Assembly: GCF_009914755.1 (NCBI RefSeq)
Contig: NC_060928.1
Source: the human T2T-CHM13v2.0 reference genome, Homo sapiens
Length of the DNA: 64,000 nucleotides
Reading direction: 5' to 3' (one strand)
Shown piece after piece: positions 13,370 to 29,769 of this stretch (its first letter is position 1; every line of letters begins with the position of its first letter). A model generated the notes under the pieces. That model was not told the DNA's origin, searched no databases, and saw only the letters and a list, made by a program, of their open reading frames with translations. The translations under genes were made by a program, and so were the position numbers.

Positions 13370-15540
13370 TATTTATGCCCTTTCTAGCATTCCTTATGTC
13401 TTGATGTAATTCCAAGTTCCTGTCTGGTATCAGATTCTGCATGAAGAAATTTTTTAAGAGTTTCCTTTAGTGCAAGAGTAGTGGTAATAAATTCTCTGCA
13501 CTTAGGTTTCTATGAAGAAAAAGGGTTTTCTCAAGATTTTTGAGATATATTTTCACTGAATATAGAAGTATAGGATGACAGGTTTTTTTCTTCTTATCAC
13601 TTTAAAGCTTTCTCTTCATTTTCTTCTGTTGCATGGTTTCTAATAAAAAGTATAATATAGTCCTCATCTCTATTCTTCTGAATGTAATTTTTTATTTGTC
13701 TGCCTTAAGGATTTTGTATTTATATTTAGTTTTTAGCTGTGTGAATCAATTTATGTCTATATTTTATTTGTTTGTTTTTGTATTTATTACTTATTTCTTC
13801 TTTAAGCTTAATGCATCTGTGATCTATGACTGTAATTAATTTTTAATTTTGGAAAATTCTCATGACTGACCATTATCTCATAAATACTTTTTCCTGCTGT
13901 CTTCTCTCTCTCTCTCTCTCTCTCTCTTTTCTTTTATCCAGGATTCCAATTACACATACATTAGATCATTTTATGTAGTCACATAGCTGTTGGGTATTCT
14001 GTTCTTTTTTGCTGTCTTACTCTTTTTTCTATTTCCTTTTCAGTTTGGGTAAATTCTGTTGACCTGTCTTCAAGTTTACTGATTCTGTTTTTGGCTGTAT
14101 CACATTTACTAATTGTTTCAGAAAAGACATTCTTTATCTGTCTTACTATGCTTTCCATATCTAACATTTGTGTTTCATTTTTTCTTAAAACTTCCATCTC
14201 TCTGCTGAAATGACTTAGCTGAGTATGAATGCTGCCCAAGTTTTCTGTTTGGGCCTCCCACATATTAATCATCTTTTAAAAAATTCTCTGATTGTTTCAA
14301 CATCTATATCCTATCTATATCTGGTCCTATACATTTTTTTGTCTCTTAACAGCACATTTATTTTGTTTTATTTTTTGCTTCTTTGTGCATCTCATGTTTT
14401 TTGGTTGAAATGGAGACATCTTAGGTAGTATAGTAGAGACTGAGTTAAATATTATTTGTTCCAGGAAATAAACACTCCTTATCTCTTGCTGGCCTTCCAC
14501 ATGGACAATTGAGTCAATCTGAGTTTAGATTTTGCTGTTGCTATGAGTAGCCTCAGTGCATCATTGTCTTTATTTTTGTCTAGTCTTACCTCACATTTAG
14601 GCTGGGTGCCAGTTTACCAGAGGGTTTTTCTCAATGATTACTCCATCATCGGCTTTAGATCTTTCCTCTGTCCCTTGCCTAAACTTCAGAGAATCAATCT
14701 CTCTTTTATCTCTCTCTCTCTTTCTCTGCTCTTGACCCTCTCCCAGCAAGAGATTGCCATCACATGTCCCTCAAAGCTTATTAGACCAGTGGTGTAGGAA
14801 CAAGGTGGTCCTCTCTGTTGTTCTGGTTCAGGCTCTGTCTTAGGCAGGTGCTTGCTTTGGTTCTTGTGGATGAGGCTTCCTCAGTGATTTTACCCTTCCT
14901 TCACCTGAAAGAGATCTCAAATGGTTTCACTCATGTTATATTCCTGTTCCTTGACAACCAGTGGAGATGTTATTTTCTTTTCCCTTTCTCCTGCCTCAGT
15001 AGATCTTCATCTGTGCAGTGAGTGCAACAGGCTTCATGTCTCTTCCTCTAGAATTTTATGGCTTTTGTTCAGGACGGGAAATAAGGAAGAAACATCCGAG
15101 TGAGCCTTCTTGTCCTTCGTGCAGCAGATGCTGTTCCCTCCTCCAGGCTTATGCCATTAGGGAGGCTTTCCCAGTTCTCTGCCCCCAATATTCCTCATAA
15201 GAACTGTGGAGAGGATCCAGTGAGTTAGTGTAAATTTCTCTTGAGCTGTATTTCTAGATGCTTACACTAATACACACTCAGCCTTCAGCAGTTCATTGAA
15301 AATTTTAGTTGAGTTTTGAAAAAAAATTTTAACTGGCTTGTATAAGATCTGACATTGACCATAGGTAAGCAAGTATTCACATCTGCCTCTCATTAGAGGT
15401 GCCTACTTTTCCTTAAATTTTAAATTGCTTGCTTGCCCTGTGACCTCAGCACTCATTAATTCAAGAAAAGCTGTAATTTTACAAATTATCTGATTTTTTG
15501 TTGCTATTCATTTAAGAGTGATGATCTTTTTATCTTTTTA
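13370..15540 (-). mobile_element. Ancient L1M 5' region / ORF1 remnant
   Basis: Minus ORF 13979-14272 (IKNVFSETISKCDTAKNRISKLEDRSTEFTQTEKEIEKR) resembles the L1 ORF1p coiled coil (SRLDQAEERISELEDRS). The surrounding T-rich text fits antisense L1. Confidence 0.8.
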
Positions 15541-16914
15541 CGTAAAAATAGGTTTTTATTTGATCCATACAGCAACATTTTAAAATACTTCTGTTTTTAT
15601 GTCCAGTTTACAGGAGAAGAAACTGAAGTTCAAAGAGGTAATTAATTTCCTCAATATTTTAAAAAACCAAAATTGAACAACACAGTGAAGACTCCAGGCT
15701 TGGTCTATGTGTCTAATTCTAGAAGCAGGGTAGGAATTTCTAGAGGCATTTATTTCATGCCCATCTTTAACAACAGTCTGAAGGCTTATGGAACTAATGT
15801 TATTGGAAATTCAAATCTATGTTATAGAAAAAAAATCTATATTAAGTTTACTATATAGTTAACTTAAGCTTCATTATATACAATTACAGATGACTTACAG
15901 GAGAGTTGTAATAAATTTCAAATACTTTCCATTAAGACTAAAGTTTTTTAAGGTACTGTTTTATTTTGGGTTCAGACTTATTTTCTCTCAGATTCTGCAA
16001 ACCCAACCAACTCTTGTTGGGTTTGGTCTACATTAGCCTTGGTCTACATTAACTCTGCATTTCCCTCTCTCCCCTCATCCTCTTCTCTCTATCTTTCTTG
16101 CATGAGGACTCATATTACTCAGAAGCCTCCCATCTCTTTCCGAGGTTGCTTAATGTTTAGTCATCAATGATTGATGACAAGCAGACCTGTCCTACAATAA
16201 ATTCTGCAAAAATGACCATAACAGTTTTGTTTGTTTCCCAAATATGGGATCACTTTATCTGTGTGATTCTCCCTTCATGGCCTAGCCCTGTTCTGAACAG
16301 CCTTTGTTCTATGGGTAACTGCTTCTCATTCTGTCCTCTTCTCCATCTCACCATGGTGATTGGGTGGCTTTTTAGTAGGCAGAAGATCTTCCAGCTGGAG
16401 TATTATTAGAAAAGAACCTCCTTTATGGCAGGAAAATAAACTCTGTCACATCCTCTCTGAAACACTATTTACTAGCTAAAACACTTTAACAGCTAAAGAG
16501 CATCAGAAAGATTTGAAACTTTTCAAGGCAGCCATTGAATGAACCCCACAAAATTTGGATCAAGGACATCAGCTCAAAAGAAAAATAGAATATTCCCTAT
16601 TCTTTTTGTTTATGATGATCTCTTCATGTAATTGCACTACCATCAATATTAAGTGATGTACTTGGAATTCTAGATTCTAAAAAAAGGGATCGAGCCTCTG
16701 GGATCCTTGCTAAAACTTTTCTGATGGGTGGATATACAACCTCTACTTGACACTTCTCTCAACTGCTCACCAACCTAATTACTTTCCTCTGGACAAATTC
16801 CAGTTTGTCCCACTGTGATTTTTTTTCAATATTGATTTCACTCATCAGAATTTGGAAAATTAATACAAGATAATATTTGCATTGGGTATCATTGTTTTCA
16901 GTACAACAATAATG

Positions 16915-17110
16915 ACATCTCAATTCTGCTACTTTCTATATGTGTGACACTGGGAAAATAACCTCTCTGTGCCTCTGTTTATTCATCTGTAAAATGGAGC
17001 CAATAATATCAACTCCTTAAAGGTTGTTGTAGGAATAAAGTTAGTTGACATATATGAACGTATGTTAAGCCCTTAGAACAGTGTTTGGCCCATAATGATC
17101 TGTAAGAATT
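16915..17110 (+). mobile_element. MIR SINE
   Basis: MIR core TGTGTGACACTGGG...CCTCTCTGTGCCTCTGTTTATTCATCTGTAAAATGG. Confidence 0.8.
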
Positions 17111-19509
17111 AACTAATATTTGTAGGTTGGGAGGAAAATCAATCTGGAGAAAAAACAAAACAAAAGTTGCTCTTTATCAGCAATTCCAAATATCCACGGA
17201 TTTTTCTTAAAACAGGATTTTCCCAAAACTTAAAAGAGCTCATATTTTAGGAGAGTAACTTTTAGATAGTATCACTTAATCTTGAGAATGACAGAGAAAC
17301 CCAGAAAAAATAAAAGCTGCTAACATTTGAATTCTTTTTATCAATACTTCGTTTGATCAACAATATTTTGTTTTTGTTGTTATTTCCCATTATTAGGGAA
17401 CCAGTAATTGTGTTCATAATAAACCATATCTCCTCTCATTTCCAATTTAAATGAACCAACCTTGAATCCACTTCACATGCATAGTTTGGTAATTTTATAT
17501 TCACAACATGTTATTCATCTCTGAACTTTCCTTGCTACCACCCACAATCGGAATCCCTCAGATGAAATTTATAGACACTTGAAAATTAATTCTGCAAAAG
17601 GTTTCAGAGGCCATGGAATTTTTAAAAGAATACTTTTAGCTTAGATCTCAGTAGTCGTCTAAATTAATATCTCCAGGATTATTTTCCACTTTGTGAATAA
17701 TAAATGAATCCATGAAATAAATGGGAAAGGAGTAAAAGAGAGAAAACTTTGACAAACCTTCCGGAGTATTCTGTGTTTTGTGCTGAAATAGTTTGAAGGT
17801 AACTTGGTAAACCCAAATCTTTTAAGAGTCACCTTGATGTTTATAGCACATTGTGGATTTTGACTTTTTATTTCTTCTTTAATAAAAAAGCATAAATTTC
17901 TGAATACAAATACCAAAGTTTCACCTATATTAATTATTTCTCAGCACAAAGAGAAAGCTAAGGGAATCTTCCACCTAATCAAGTTTTAACAAATAATGTA
18001 TTGCTCTTCAGCCATACTATCATATTAATTAGTTTATAATTACATGTTATAATAATTGCGATTATTGCTTTAGGCTTTTATGAGGAGCATCTTTAGTGAA
18101 TATTAGTTTTTACTGTAAAAAGTAATAAAGCAATAACTGCATCCTAGGTGTTACCTTACACTGTTCCTTTTTGACAAATACAGTTCTGAAAGAAATGATG
18201 AATTCCTAATTGTCAGGACACCAAAACAGATCATGGAGAAAATAAACATCATTTCCCACAGAGCTCAAATTATCTACCTTACCTATTATCTGGAGACATT
18301 AAGCTACTAGAGTAAACTTTGATGTGCTTTTTATAGAAAGTTTGCTTCCCGAGGTGAAGTGAGTGAGAGAATTACTTATTACTTTGAGCTGCTTTGGGTA
18401 TCAAGATTGTTGGGAGGATTACAATGCAATAACATGTGAAAGTTATTTGACAACATTAAAACACTCTACAAGTCTGATATGTTTTGGGTAGGATATGGGA
18501 TATTACTAATATTTTTAGCAGACTAGTGATATTTATTTTAGGATGCTTAACGTGAATGTGGTTTGAAGGATAGCTTAGAGTGGGGAGAGACTACAGGCTG
18601 GGGAACCAGATAGAAGAGTATTTGTAATAGACATCATTGGTGGCTTATGAATAAATAATGGAATAGAACAAATAACATAGAGGTGGGTAACTTAGGTGAT
18701 CATTAAAGTCCCTTTTAACATTGACACTCTGAGTTGGTAAATACTTAAATAGGATTTGGTAATTGATTAGAATATGAGAATCTGAAAAAAAACAATGCCC
18801 TTGCCATTCATATACTCACAATTTTATGTGATTTTATACGAAATCCACAAATGCCTAAACTTCATGCAGAATGGTAGGGATTGGAGATGGACCATGAGTT
18901 TGGTTGCAGGTAGACTTGAAAGAATGATAATGTCTCTATACAAATAGAGACTGCAAGGGAGACCTATAGGTGGCGGCCATGTGTAAGGCCTGAGGTATCA
19001 GATGGGAAAATGTGGTAAATAAGGTTTTGGACATTTTGAATTTTAGAGGCTACAGGGATGTCTAAGGGGAGATATTTCTCAGGTGTCTCACCTGGGATGC
19101 TGAAGCTCATGAGAAAGGTAGATTTAAAGATGCAATTTAGGTGTTATCTGCATATAGAAAATGAATGGCAAGATTTGAAATTTCCTGGAGTAGTTCTTTT
19201 CTGATCTTTTGAGAAGTCTATTTCTTTCAATCTCAAGAATTAAACCAGAACTTTAGACACTAGCTGGTCCCCAGAGCTAGTGTCATTGTGTAAGGCCTTG
19301 TGAGTTAAAATGGAACAATCAGAAGCAAGATCATGAAAAGTTCAACATTGTAGTGGAAGAAAGAAGCCAGAAATCAGAGGTTTAAAGCCAATGGGGTGAT
19401 ATTAAGCATTGAGTTTGGGTCAAGAAGGGGGCTGTAACCAGGAAATTAGTCAAGACCTAAAAAAGAGATGAATTTGTTCAGGAACAGCAAGGAACCTAAT
19501 GTGTCTAGC

Positions 19510-19614
19510 TTGAAGTTAGCAGTTCTGGGCTTTTTCTAAAATCACAGCAAGATTGTTGTGAATCTCTACTTAAAGATATTGGGCCAAATCTGATAGTAAG
19601 AAATATTTACACAG
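19510..19614 (+). repeat. Donor copy of a 105-bp local direct duplication (second copy at 21581-21685)
   Basis: Base-by-base comparison gives 100/105 identical with no gaps. Confidence 0.97.
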
Positions 19615-20977
19615 ACCATCATCCCATCTTCCATCTTCACTATGTTTTTCTTCAATGTCTCCCTTAAGAAGATTAAAAAAAAATACAAATCTCAAGAGGC
19701 ACTGTTATTCTTACCTATTCAGCACTAAATGAAGCTTTCTTCCATAAGTGGTGCTAACTTCATTTTTCTGAACATAGTCTATGCTATCTTTTCTTTTTGT
19801 TAATTGAATTATAACTTAGTGGAAAAGATGCACAAGCCATCAGAATATATCTTTTGAATAAAGTTATATTTGAATGTTTATCCAAAAAATATGTTTGTCA
19901 AATCTTTGCTTAATCAAAAAGCTATTTTAATTAAACAAGTTTCTTTTAGCCAGTTGCAATAGCTATGTAGATACTTTGTTCCAAAAGGCATCTAAGGGAA
20001 TCTGTTTTGTAAATGAGAAACATTTTTATTCATGGTAAATGAGATAGGATTTAATTTTCACTCAATTAAAATATTTTAGTATATTGATGAAAGCCAAGTT
20101 TTAGAAATCTTATCTTCTTTGATATTGATAGGCTGATGGTTCATTAGCACCATCAGTTCTGTCAGTGGAATCTAAAAGATGAAGCAACATTAATTCCTTA
20201 TTTAGAGAAGTGATTACCAAAATGTGAAAGTATGTGAGTTTCAATTCATTCAACAAATATTTATTGAGATCTCACCATATGCCAGGGACTTTTTAACCTA
20301 TATTTCTCTGAAGAAGCTGGGTAAGTTTCACTATGAGGCAAGTGAATTTAGATTATAATTGCAAATAAGGTTTACAAAAAAGGATATTATAACATAAGGC
20401 AGGGATTTTATATGCCCATAATAACAAAATGAATTGGATCTAGTTACAGCATCTCTCAGTGCGATATGGAAAAAATATTGCATTAATTTTCAGTAGTTCT
20501 TCAAAAGATTTTATCTCTGTGTGCAGAACTGGAAGCCTTTTGAGGTAAAATTAGTTTCTGTTTTGACAAGTCATTTTATAGTCCTATACTTAAAATGTTG
20601 GGGTACAGTTGACAGTTGAAGATAATTTTTCAACGTCTCACAAATATCTGGCATTATTAAGCTTCTGGGTGGGAGAGTCCAAACTGGGGTTTGTGTCCAA
20701 CTAAGGAATGTAACAGCTATGAGGAATAAAACAGAAATGTAAATTTGCAAGTAACACAAGCACATACTTTTACTGCAGAATATAGATATATCTATAAATC
20801 CATATCTATATCTATATATATGAATTTATATTATATATATGGATTTAAAATTAAGATTAATCTTTCCTAATGGCACTTTAAGGGACAGAGGACAGTAGAA
20901 TTTTAAACTTGAAATCGGTGCCTAATCTGCCATTCAGTTGCGTGTCAAAAATACATCCTTATTAGAAATCCATTGCA

Positions 20978-21283
<306 letters not shown>

Positions 21284-21299
21284 TTATGTTTAATTTTAA

Positions 21300-21799
<500 letters not shown>

Positions 21800-21829
21800 T
21801 AAAAAGTAGTATTCTACAATTGTGTTACT

Positions 21830-22020
21830 ATATAGCAGAAAGTGAATGGCTTTGGAGGGAATAAGGCAGTTCTTGGTTTGATTGTCAGGTTCACCACTGA
21901 ATACTTTATGTAATCTTGATCCAACTATTTAAAATTTGAAGCCTCAGTTTCTCTATTTGTTAAAGAAACAACTTATACACCTGAAGATGAAAAGGAAAAC
22001 ATATATAGAAAGTGCATAGA
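21830..22020 (+). mobile_element. MIR SINE
   Basis: MIR-like 5' part and core GCCTCAGTTTCTCTATTTGT. Confidence 0.6.
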
Positions 22021-22064
22021 GCCTGTCAGTTTATTTCATTTTCTGAGTTATGTACCCAATATCC

Positions 22065-22190
22065 ATAATTCATCCATTCATTTACTCATTCAATGAATCT
22101 TTATTAAGTGCCTACCTTGTGTCAAGCACTGTATTAAGCACAGTGAAATAAAAAAAAAAAATCCTGCCTTGTGGAGCTTATATTCTTATT
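22065..22190 (-). mobile_element. L2 3' end
   Basis: ATTCATCCATTCATTTACTCATTCAATGAATCTTTATTAAGTGCCTAC...GTCAAGCACTGT. Confidence 0.75.
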
Positions 22191-22498
22191 TGTGAGATGT
22201 GACTAAATTCTTATTAAGAAAGTTAATCACATACTTGCCTGTGAAATTATAAATATGTATAATTATAAAATTATCTTCTCTAAGCTAAAAAGAAACCCTA
22301 TCTCTAAATCTATATTTCCTTTATCTCTTTATTGCCTTTCTTTAGCCATTCCTGTTTCCCTTGGCAATTATGATAATTTTTATGTGTCTACTTCTGTATT
22401 AGGCTTGAAATGGAGTTAGAAGGTTGGATGGGAAAGGTATACAGGAATGTTATTCCCTACCCCAAAAATGCTGAATGTCACAGAAAATAAAAAAATCA

Positions 22499-22826
<328 letters not shown>

Positions 22827-24131
22827 TTAAGTGAAATAAAAATATAATTATGAATACAGAACCATATGTTAAACAATAAATAGAAATATACAAAATGAGA
22901 ATTCAGATAAGGAAAAAATAAGTCAATATAAAATTAATCAAAAGAAACCTTCACAAAAGTGGTGGCTTTCAAGCCAACTTTGAAGGATGGATACATTTTC
23001 AACACATGGAGAAGAGAAGAACAATCATGAGAGGGTAACATTTTTTTTCTCCCAGCTCCTAATGCTCAGATCCTTAATTAGTATCATTACTCTAGTTGTG
23101 CCAGATTTCAGATAAATAAAATACCTTATCTAATTAGCAGAACACAACCTGGCAACCAATGTTTTTTGTTGGTTTCACCAATAAATCCAAATTTACCAAA
23201 TATTTTCTATTTTTCAATTTATTCAGCCCCGCAGTTCTGTTTTCAATTTATTCTCCCTGCAGTTCTGTTGTTAAATAACAGACAGGATCCATACATAGAG
23301 TGTCCAGATACCACCTATAGTTGAGTAGGATCTAGCCTTTTCTACTTTCTCAGCCAGAAAATAAGGTATGTGGCCACAGCCTTACGGCAATTTAAGTCTG
23401 ACAGGCCTCAGTTCCTTCTGCTTCCGTGGTTAGGGTTGTCTGACCAAGCTAGAGATGCATATGCAGTTTACAGTTCTTATTTGGTTCTGAAATACTCTAC
23501 CACATCCCACCAGAATCATGCGTTATTCCCGACCATCTACTTTTTCTCAATCCTATGTATAGTGATGTTTTTAGGCAGCTAATCATTCCAAGGCGTATGA
23601 AGAGAACTGTCTAAACCTCTCTTGCTGCCATCTACTTCCTGCACAGGTCATCCTCAGAGTACTCTCTGAATGCACGCAGGGTTTGAGAACTGATTGGCTC
23701 AGAAGGTTCTGGATTCTGGTTTTGATTCATTTCAAAGACAGCAACTGTATTTAGGGGAAGAAGGCTTTTTTCTCTCTGGTCTTGGTGTCCCTACATATCA
23801 AGGTTGGGCACTAAAAGTATCAATAAACCAGTGTGTTCATCCTCATCTCCACCTTTATATTTTGTGGCCATCTGCCAAACTATGATTCTGGGCATGCAAT
23901 ATTAGGTATGTTGTCCAATAATGTACTTTTGCATTCATCTTCTTCAAGGAAGCACATAATTGAATTTCTGCCCAGATATTTGGCATGTGACTTTTCTTCT
24001 TTGTTAGTTTGTAGCATTATGACCATTTTGGGGGTCTGTTTTCATATAGTCACAGGCATTTTAATGAGAATCCTGGGAGACCTTTATTAGTCTACTTCCA
24101 AGCTGACTCCAACTTTCATTTTTGAAACTTG

Positions 24132-24290
24132 TACTAGCTACATAATTTACAAGGCCCAGTGCAAAATGAAAATGCAGAGCCCCTTGTTCAGAAATTCTTA
24201 AGTCAAGAGCACAGGAAGACAGAATATAAACCAAACATGGCTACTATCTAAGCGCTGTGTCCTGTGTGACTGCACGCTAAGCTGGTCCAC
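24132..24290 (-). mobile_element. MER45A-like hAT-Tip100 DNA element
   Basis: GCTACATAATTTACAAGGCCCAGTGCAAAATGAAAATGCAGAGCCCCTTGTTCA matches the reverse complement of the recalled MER45A consensus. Confidence 0.8.
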
Positions 24291-26114
24291 TTAAAACTGT
24301 CTCCAGCTTCAGGTTTGAGGTCCCTGCCATCTCAATGTTCCTTCTTTCCCTACTAGAACTTCTCAATTCCTTGACTGACTTCTCTTCTTTAAGCTCTTTA
24401 AATATGAGTGAATCCAAGATTATAGTTCCCGTTCTCTGATACTGTTTTTCTACTATGTAACTCTAAGAAATCACAAGTAGTTTAATGATTACTCCTTTCT
24501 GAAGGTGACTCTAAACTTAATATCTCAAGCCTTCATGGTTCTCATGAATTGAGGAACAAATTTCTAATTGCAAGCAGACATTTATGCTGATAGCTAATAC
24601 ATCTAAAATGGAATCCTTCTTATCCCCAGGCTTTTTCCTAGGAATTCTCTTTAAATATTTTGAACATTTGCTCTCTTTAGCTTCACAAATATAAATAAAA
24701 ATTAACCTCTACTTAAAAAAATTTGGTTACTAACTTTGATAATATTTGTCTGATATTTTCACTTATTCTATCTTGTACCACTGTCTGAATGCTTTAAGTA
24801 CTTTCAAAATTTTTTCTTCTTTTTTGGAAAAAGATCTAGTATAAGTAATAATATCTTGAGAAATGTGAATTGGAACAATTGACTTTTTATGATTTTTTAA
24901 ATATAAAATCATAAAAATTACTGTTGTTTAATGATATATTCAACTTATCTTTAAATCATGGGGAATTAACTTGATTTTCATTTCTGGTGTTATGTTCTAG
25001 GAAATATCCTTAGTAAAGAGTCAACTGAAAGCTCTTCTGCTTTTTTAATACATTGAAAAAAAGTGCATATTTTATAGCAAATTAGTAAACTGGTAAAGGC
25101 TTTTTCTAACACAATAAGATTTTTAAATAAAACATATGTATTATGTTAACAGCATGTTAAAAAAACAGTTAACAGTAATTAGGAATTTCTGTGATTATTT
25201 AAAAATAGGAAAATCTTTTCCATTTCTCATATATTCAATCCAATTTTACATTAATGCTGAAGCAAACCACATGGTACTGTGCTTTTATTTGTACTGTACT
25301 CTATAGCATTCCATTTTTTAAATTTTATTTTACTTTTATTCTGATTGACCATGTTAGTCAGGCTATATCATCTTCGCCAAGGACAACCTCAGAATATTTT
25401 CTACATTTAACCAATATAAGCCATTCACAGTATTGGTGTTTTGTTTTGTTAATTTGAGAAGCAAGCTTCAAATTTTGAAAATATGCAAGTAGCCTGTGGT
25501 TTTTACTTGCTAGTTGTATTTAAGTCTTTTACAGAAAAATAAATTGTCAAGTTTGGTACACTCTACAACTAGTTACTTAATGCAGTATTCATGGGATCCA
25601 TAAATAAGGTTTGATTTGTGTTTTTTTTTCCTAGGAATTATTTTTCTGTTCTGCTAGTGAAGTATTTGGAGGTTCATTCCTAGCCTAAGACATTCATCTC
25701 AATTATTTTAATTGGCTCCCTGCAGATAGCCCTTAATATGTGATATCATTCACTTACAAAGTAGTTGCCACAGATATCTGCCAGTGCTCAACCTGGTGGC
25801 AAAGATGTGTAAAAACCATTTCAAATGATGTCTTTAGACATGCAGAGAATATCACTATAACATAATGTTTAGTACTACAATTTTTCTTCATTCACTGTCT
25901 CTACTTATCTAGTCTCCTATGTCAGCAGCATTGTCACTGCTAAATCTTTTGGAACATATAGTGGTAAATTAGTTTGGCTGTTAAGTTAGGTGGGAAAATA
26001 AAAGGTATACATTTACTAATTTTTTCCTTGGGATTTCTGATTAGATACTATGGCTTACTGGTCCTGTATTATTATTGTTGTAATTACAATATCTAGTACT
26101 TTTCTTTGGGCAAG

Positions 26115-26499
26115 TGTATTAGTCCATTCTTGCATCTTTATAAAGAACTACCTGCGACTGAGCCATTTGTAAAGAAAAGAGGTTTAATTGACTCACAGTT
26201 CCACAGGCTGTACAGGAAGTATGATTGGGGAGGCTTCAGGGAAACTTACAATCATGGCAGAAGGGCAAGGGGAAGCAGGCACCTCTTCACATGGTGGAGC
26301 AGGAGAGAGAGAAAGAAGGGGGAAGTGCTACACACTTTTAAATAACCAGATCTCATGAGAACTCACACACCATCAGGAGAGCAGCAAGCGGGGAAGTCCA
26401 CCCCCATGATCCAGTCACCACCTGCCAGGCCATTCCTCCAACACTGAAGATTACAATTAGGTATGAGATTTGGTGGGGACATACAGCCAAACCATATCA
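26115..26499 (-). mobile_element. MaLR solo LTR, MSTA/THE1-like
   Basis: TG...CA termini (TGTATTAGTCCATT...CCAAACCATATCA) and a perfect 5-bp TSD GCAAG at 26110-26114 and 26500-26504. Confidence 0.93.
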
Positions 26500-28399
26500 G
26501 CAAGCATAATAAAACACAAGCCCTTAGAAAGCTCAGAAACTACCACTTTTATGTATAATAAGAGCCATTAAAGATTTTTATCTTTTTATGTTACGAGAGG
26601 AGCAGGTCCTCTGAATTTTTAGAAAAATAGTTGAATTATAGGGATCAAGGCATGCATGTTAGCTATGGAGTTCGCTCATATAAAAATATTTAAAATCCCT
26701 ATATAATATGCATCCCTATATAACATCAAGCCTCCAGGTCTTTGCATGAGTAAGTCTCTCTAATCTGGATGCCTTCTTCAGCCTTTCTAATTGCTGGCAA
26801 GGGTGCTGAGTCCCACTGGGTGAACCATTTGTTTAGATTCAGTTCAGCTACATCTTCCTCTGTGAAACATTCCTCCAATATCAATATCTCTTCATGATCC
26901 TCCCATTTCAACTCTCAAACTCCTACCCAATATGCCGTTCAGGAGCTCAGGGAAAACAATAGTTTTGCAATATATTTGGTTCTACCACTTAATAGAACTA
27001 ACACTTGGGTAGCAATAAGACTACTTTTTGGTGTTAGGGTCTAGGAAACATTCTTGTTAAATAATCAACTAAAATGTATTTTTATGTAATAAGGTTTGGT
27101 TATAAAATACTGTTGAATTTCAAAATATCTTTTTATATAATAAAGGTTGGTTATGAAATACGCTGGGAAATTTGTTTAGACTGCATTATCTCCAGTTTCC
27201 TCATTTGTGTGATAAGGAAAAATGTACATAGGATTGTTGCGATAATTAAAGACATTTTAAATAAAGTGTCTGGTACACAAGGGACAATCAGTGAATGGTC
27301 ACTATTATAAAGTCATTTGTTACATAGGCTTTCTAAGTATTTATTTCCCTTTCTTGCTAAATTCTTGAAGAAGGTTCTGTGACTTGTCCACTTCTGTATA
27401 TTCAGCACCCAAAATAGAACCTGGCATCTAGGCAATACTTAATGGGCATCTGTTAAAATAAAATATATAGGATATAAAACATTAAGATGTAAGTAGTTGA
27501 CTTTTTTATTGCTGACTGATGGTTTGAGTCCAAAGAGATGACTGGAATTTAGTGTAGATGTTAAAAACTATGTTAATAAGAATCAAGATGAGCTCATCTT
27601 CAATCATAGAGTCATAAAGTTCAAATACCAATGAGTTTGAAGAATATTTTGCCCTTTAAAATACTAGTTTGCTTTTGCATTTGCCATGTAATTTCAGTGA
27701 GTATAACTAAAGAGACTCATTCACAGGACTCAATGAGAAATTCTCTGACTAGAATGATTCTATCTAGAGTCATAAAAAGCCAGGTGTCTTGCAGCTGTCT
27801 AAGTGACTTCACACCTTTTCATGTGATAAAATATTTAATGTTATTTTTATCACTTTACAGTTTTAAAAAAATGAATTGAAACCCTTTCAAAAGTTCTGTT
27901 GATTTGCCAGTTACTATCTTGTTCACTGAAATGTAAGAGAAAATGCCTTTCCAGGATAAAAGCAATATTCAGAATTCCATAATTGACTCTTGGTTATGTA
28001 CGTGTGACCGCGGATGAAATACTTCCTGAATCTTTCTTATTAATCATATGGGATGATTATTGAACTAGTAGCCTCAAAAATGCATGTGAGTACACACACA
28101 AACATCCTAATATATACATACATTCAAGCATGCATACATATATATCTCTCAATACCTCCAGAAATAAACATCAGAGTCTGTGCCAAGAAACTGACTAGCT
28201 AAATAGAGATATGCCAGCTGGATGATGCATTTCTAAATGAAACATCTGCTTCTAATATTAACAACCAAAACTGCTAATGCAGGCAGGTGTCATATACACT
28301 GAAATATTTGGAAAAGAGAGGGTTAATTAAAATAAATATTAAAATGGGTAGAAATGAACTGATAAAAAGTAATCCTTCATTTTTCTAGTAACACTTGCA

Positions 28400-29470
<1,071 letters not shown>

Positions 29471-29471
29471 C

Positions 29472-29769
29472 AGGAAAAAATAAATTTTAAGTCAAAAACT
29501 ATAAAAAGAGACAAAAAAGTTAATTATATAATTATAAAGCAGTCAATTCAGCAATAGGATACAACAATGTGTGTATGTGTGTATATATCCATATATATAC
29601 ACATATGCACCCAACACTAGAGCACCCAAATATATAAAGCAAATATTATTAGAGCTAAAGAGAGATTGACTCTGATACAATATTAGCTGGAGAATTCAAC
29701 ACCCACTTTCAGCGTTTGATAGATTTTCCAGACAGAAAATCAACAAGGAAACATTGGACTTAATCTCCA
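29472..29769 (+). mobile_element. L1 ORF2 endonuclease-domain fragment
   Basis: TATGCACCCAACACTAGAGCACCCAAATATATAAAGCAAATATTA reads YAPNTRAPKYIKQIL; later GGAGAATTCAACACCCA reads GEFNT (consensus GDFNTP) and AGACAGAAAATCAACAAGGAAAC reads RQKINKE. Confidence 0.88.

Noticed and set aside
13979-14272. Coiled-coil-like 97-aa ORF
   Set aside because: It is a decayed L1 ORF1p fragment, not a host gene
23625-23640. CTCF-like TGCCATCTACTTC, and CAACCTGGTGGCA near 25790
   Set aside because: Both have mismatches at core positions, so they cannot be supported from sequence alone
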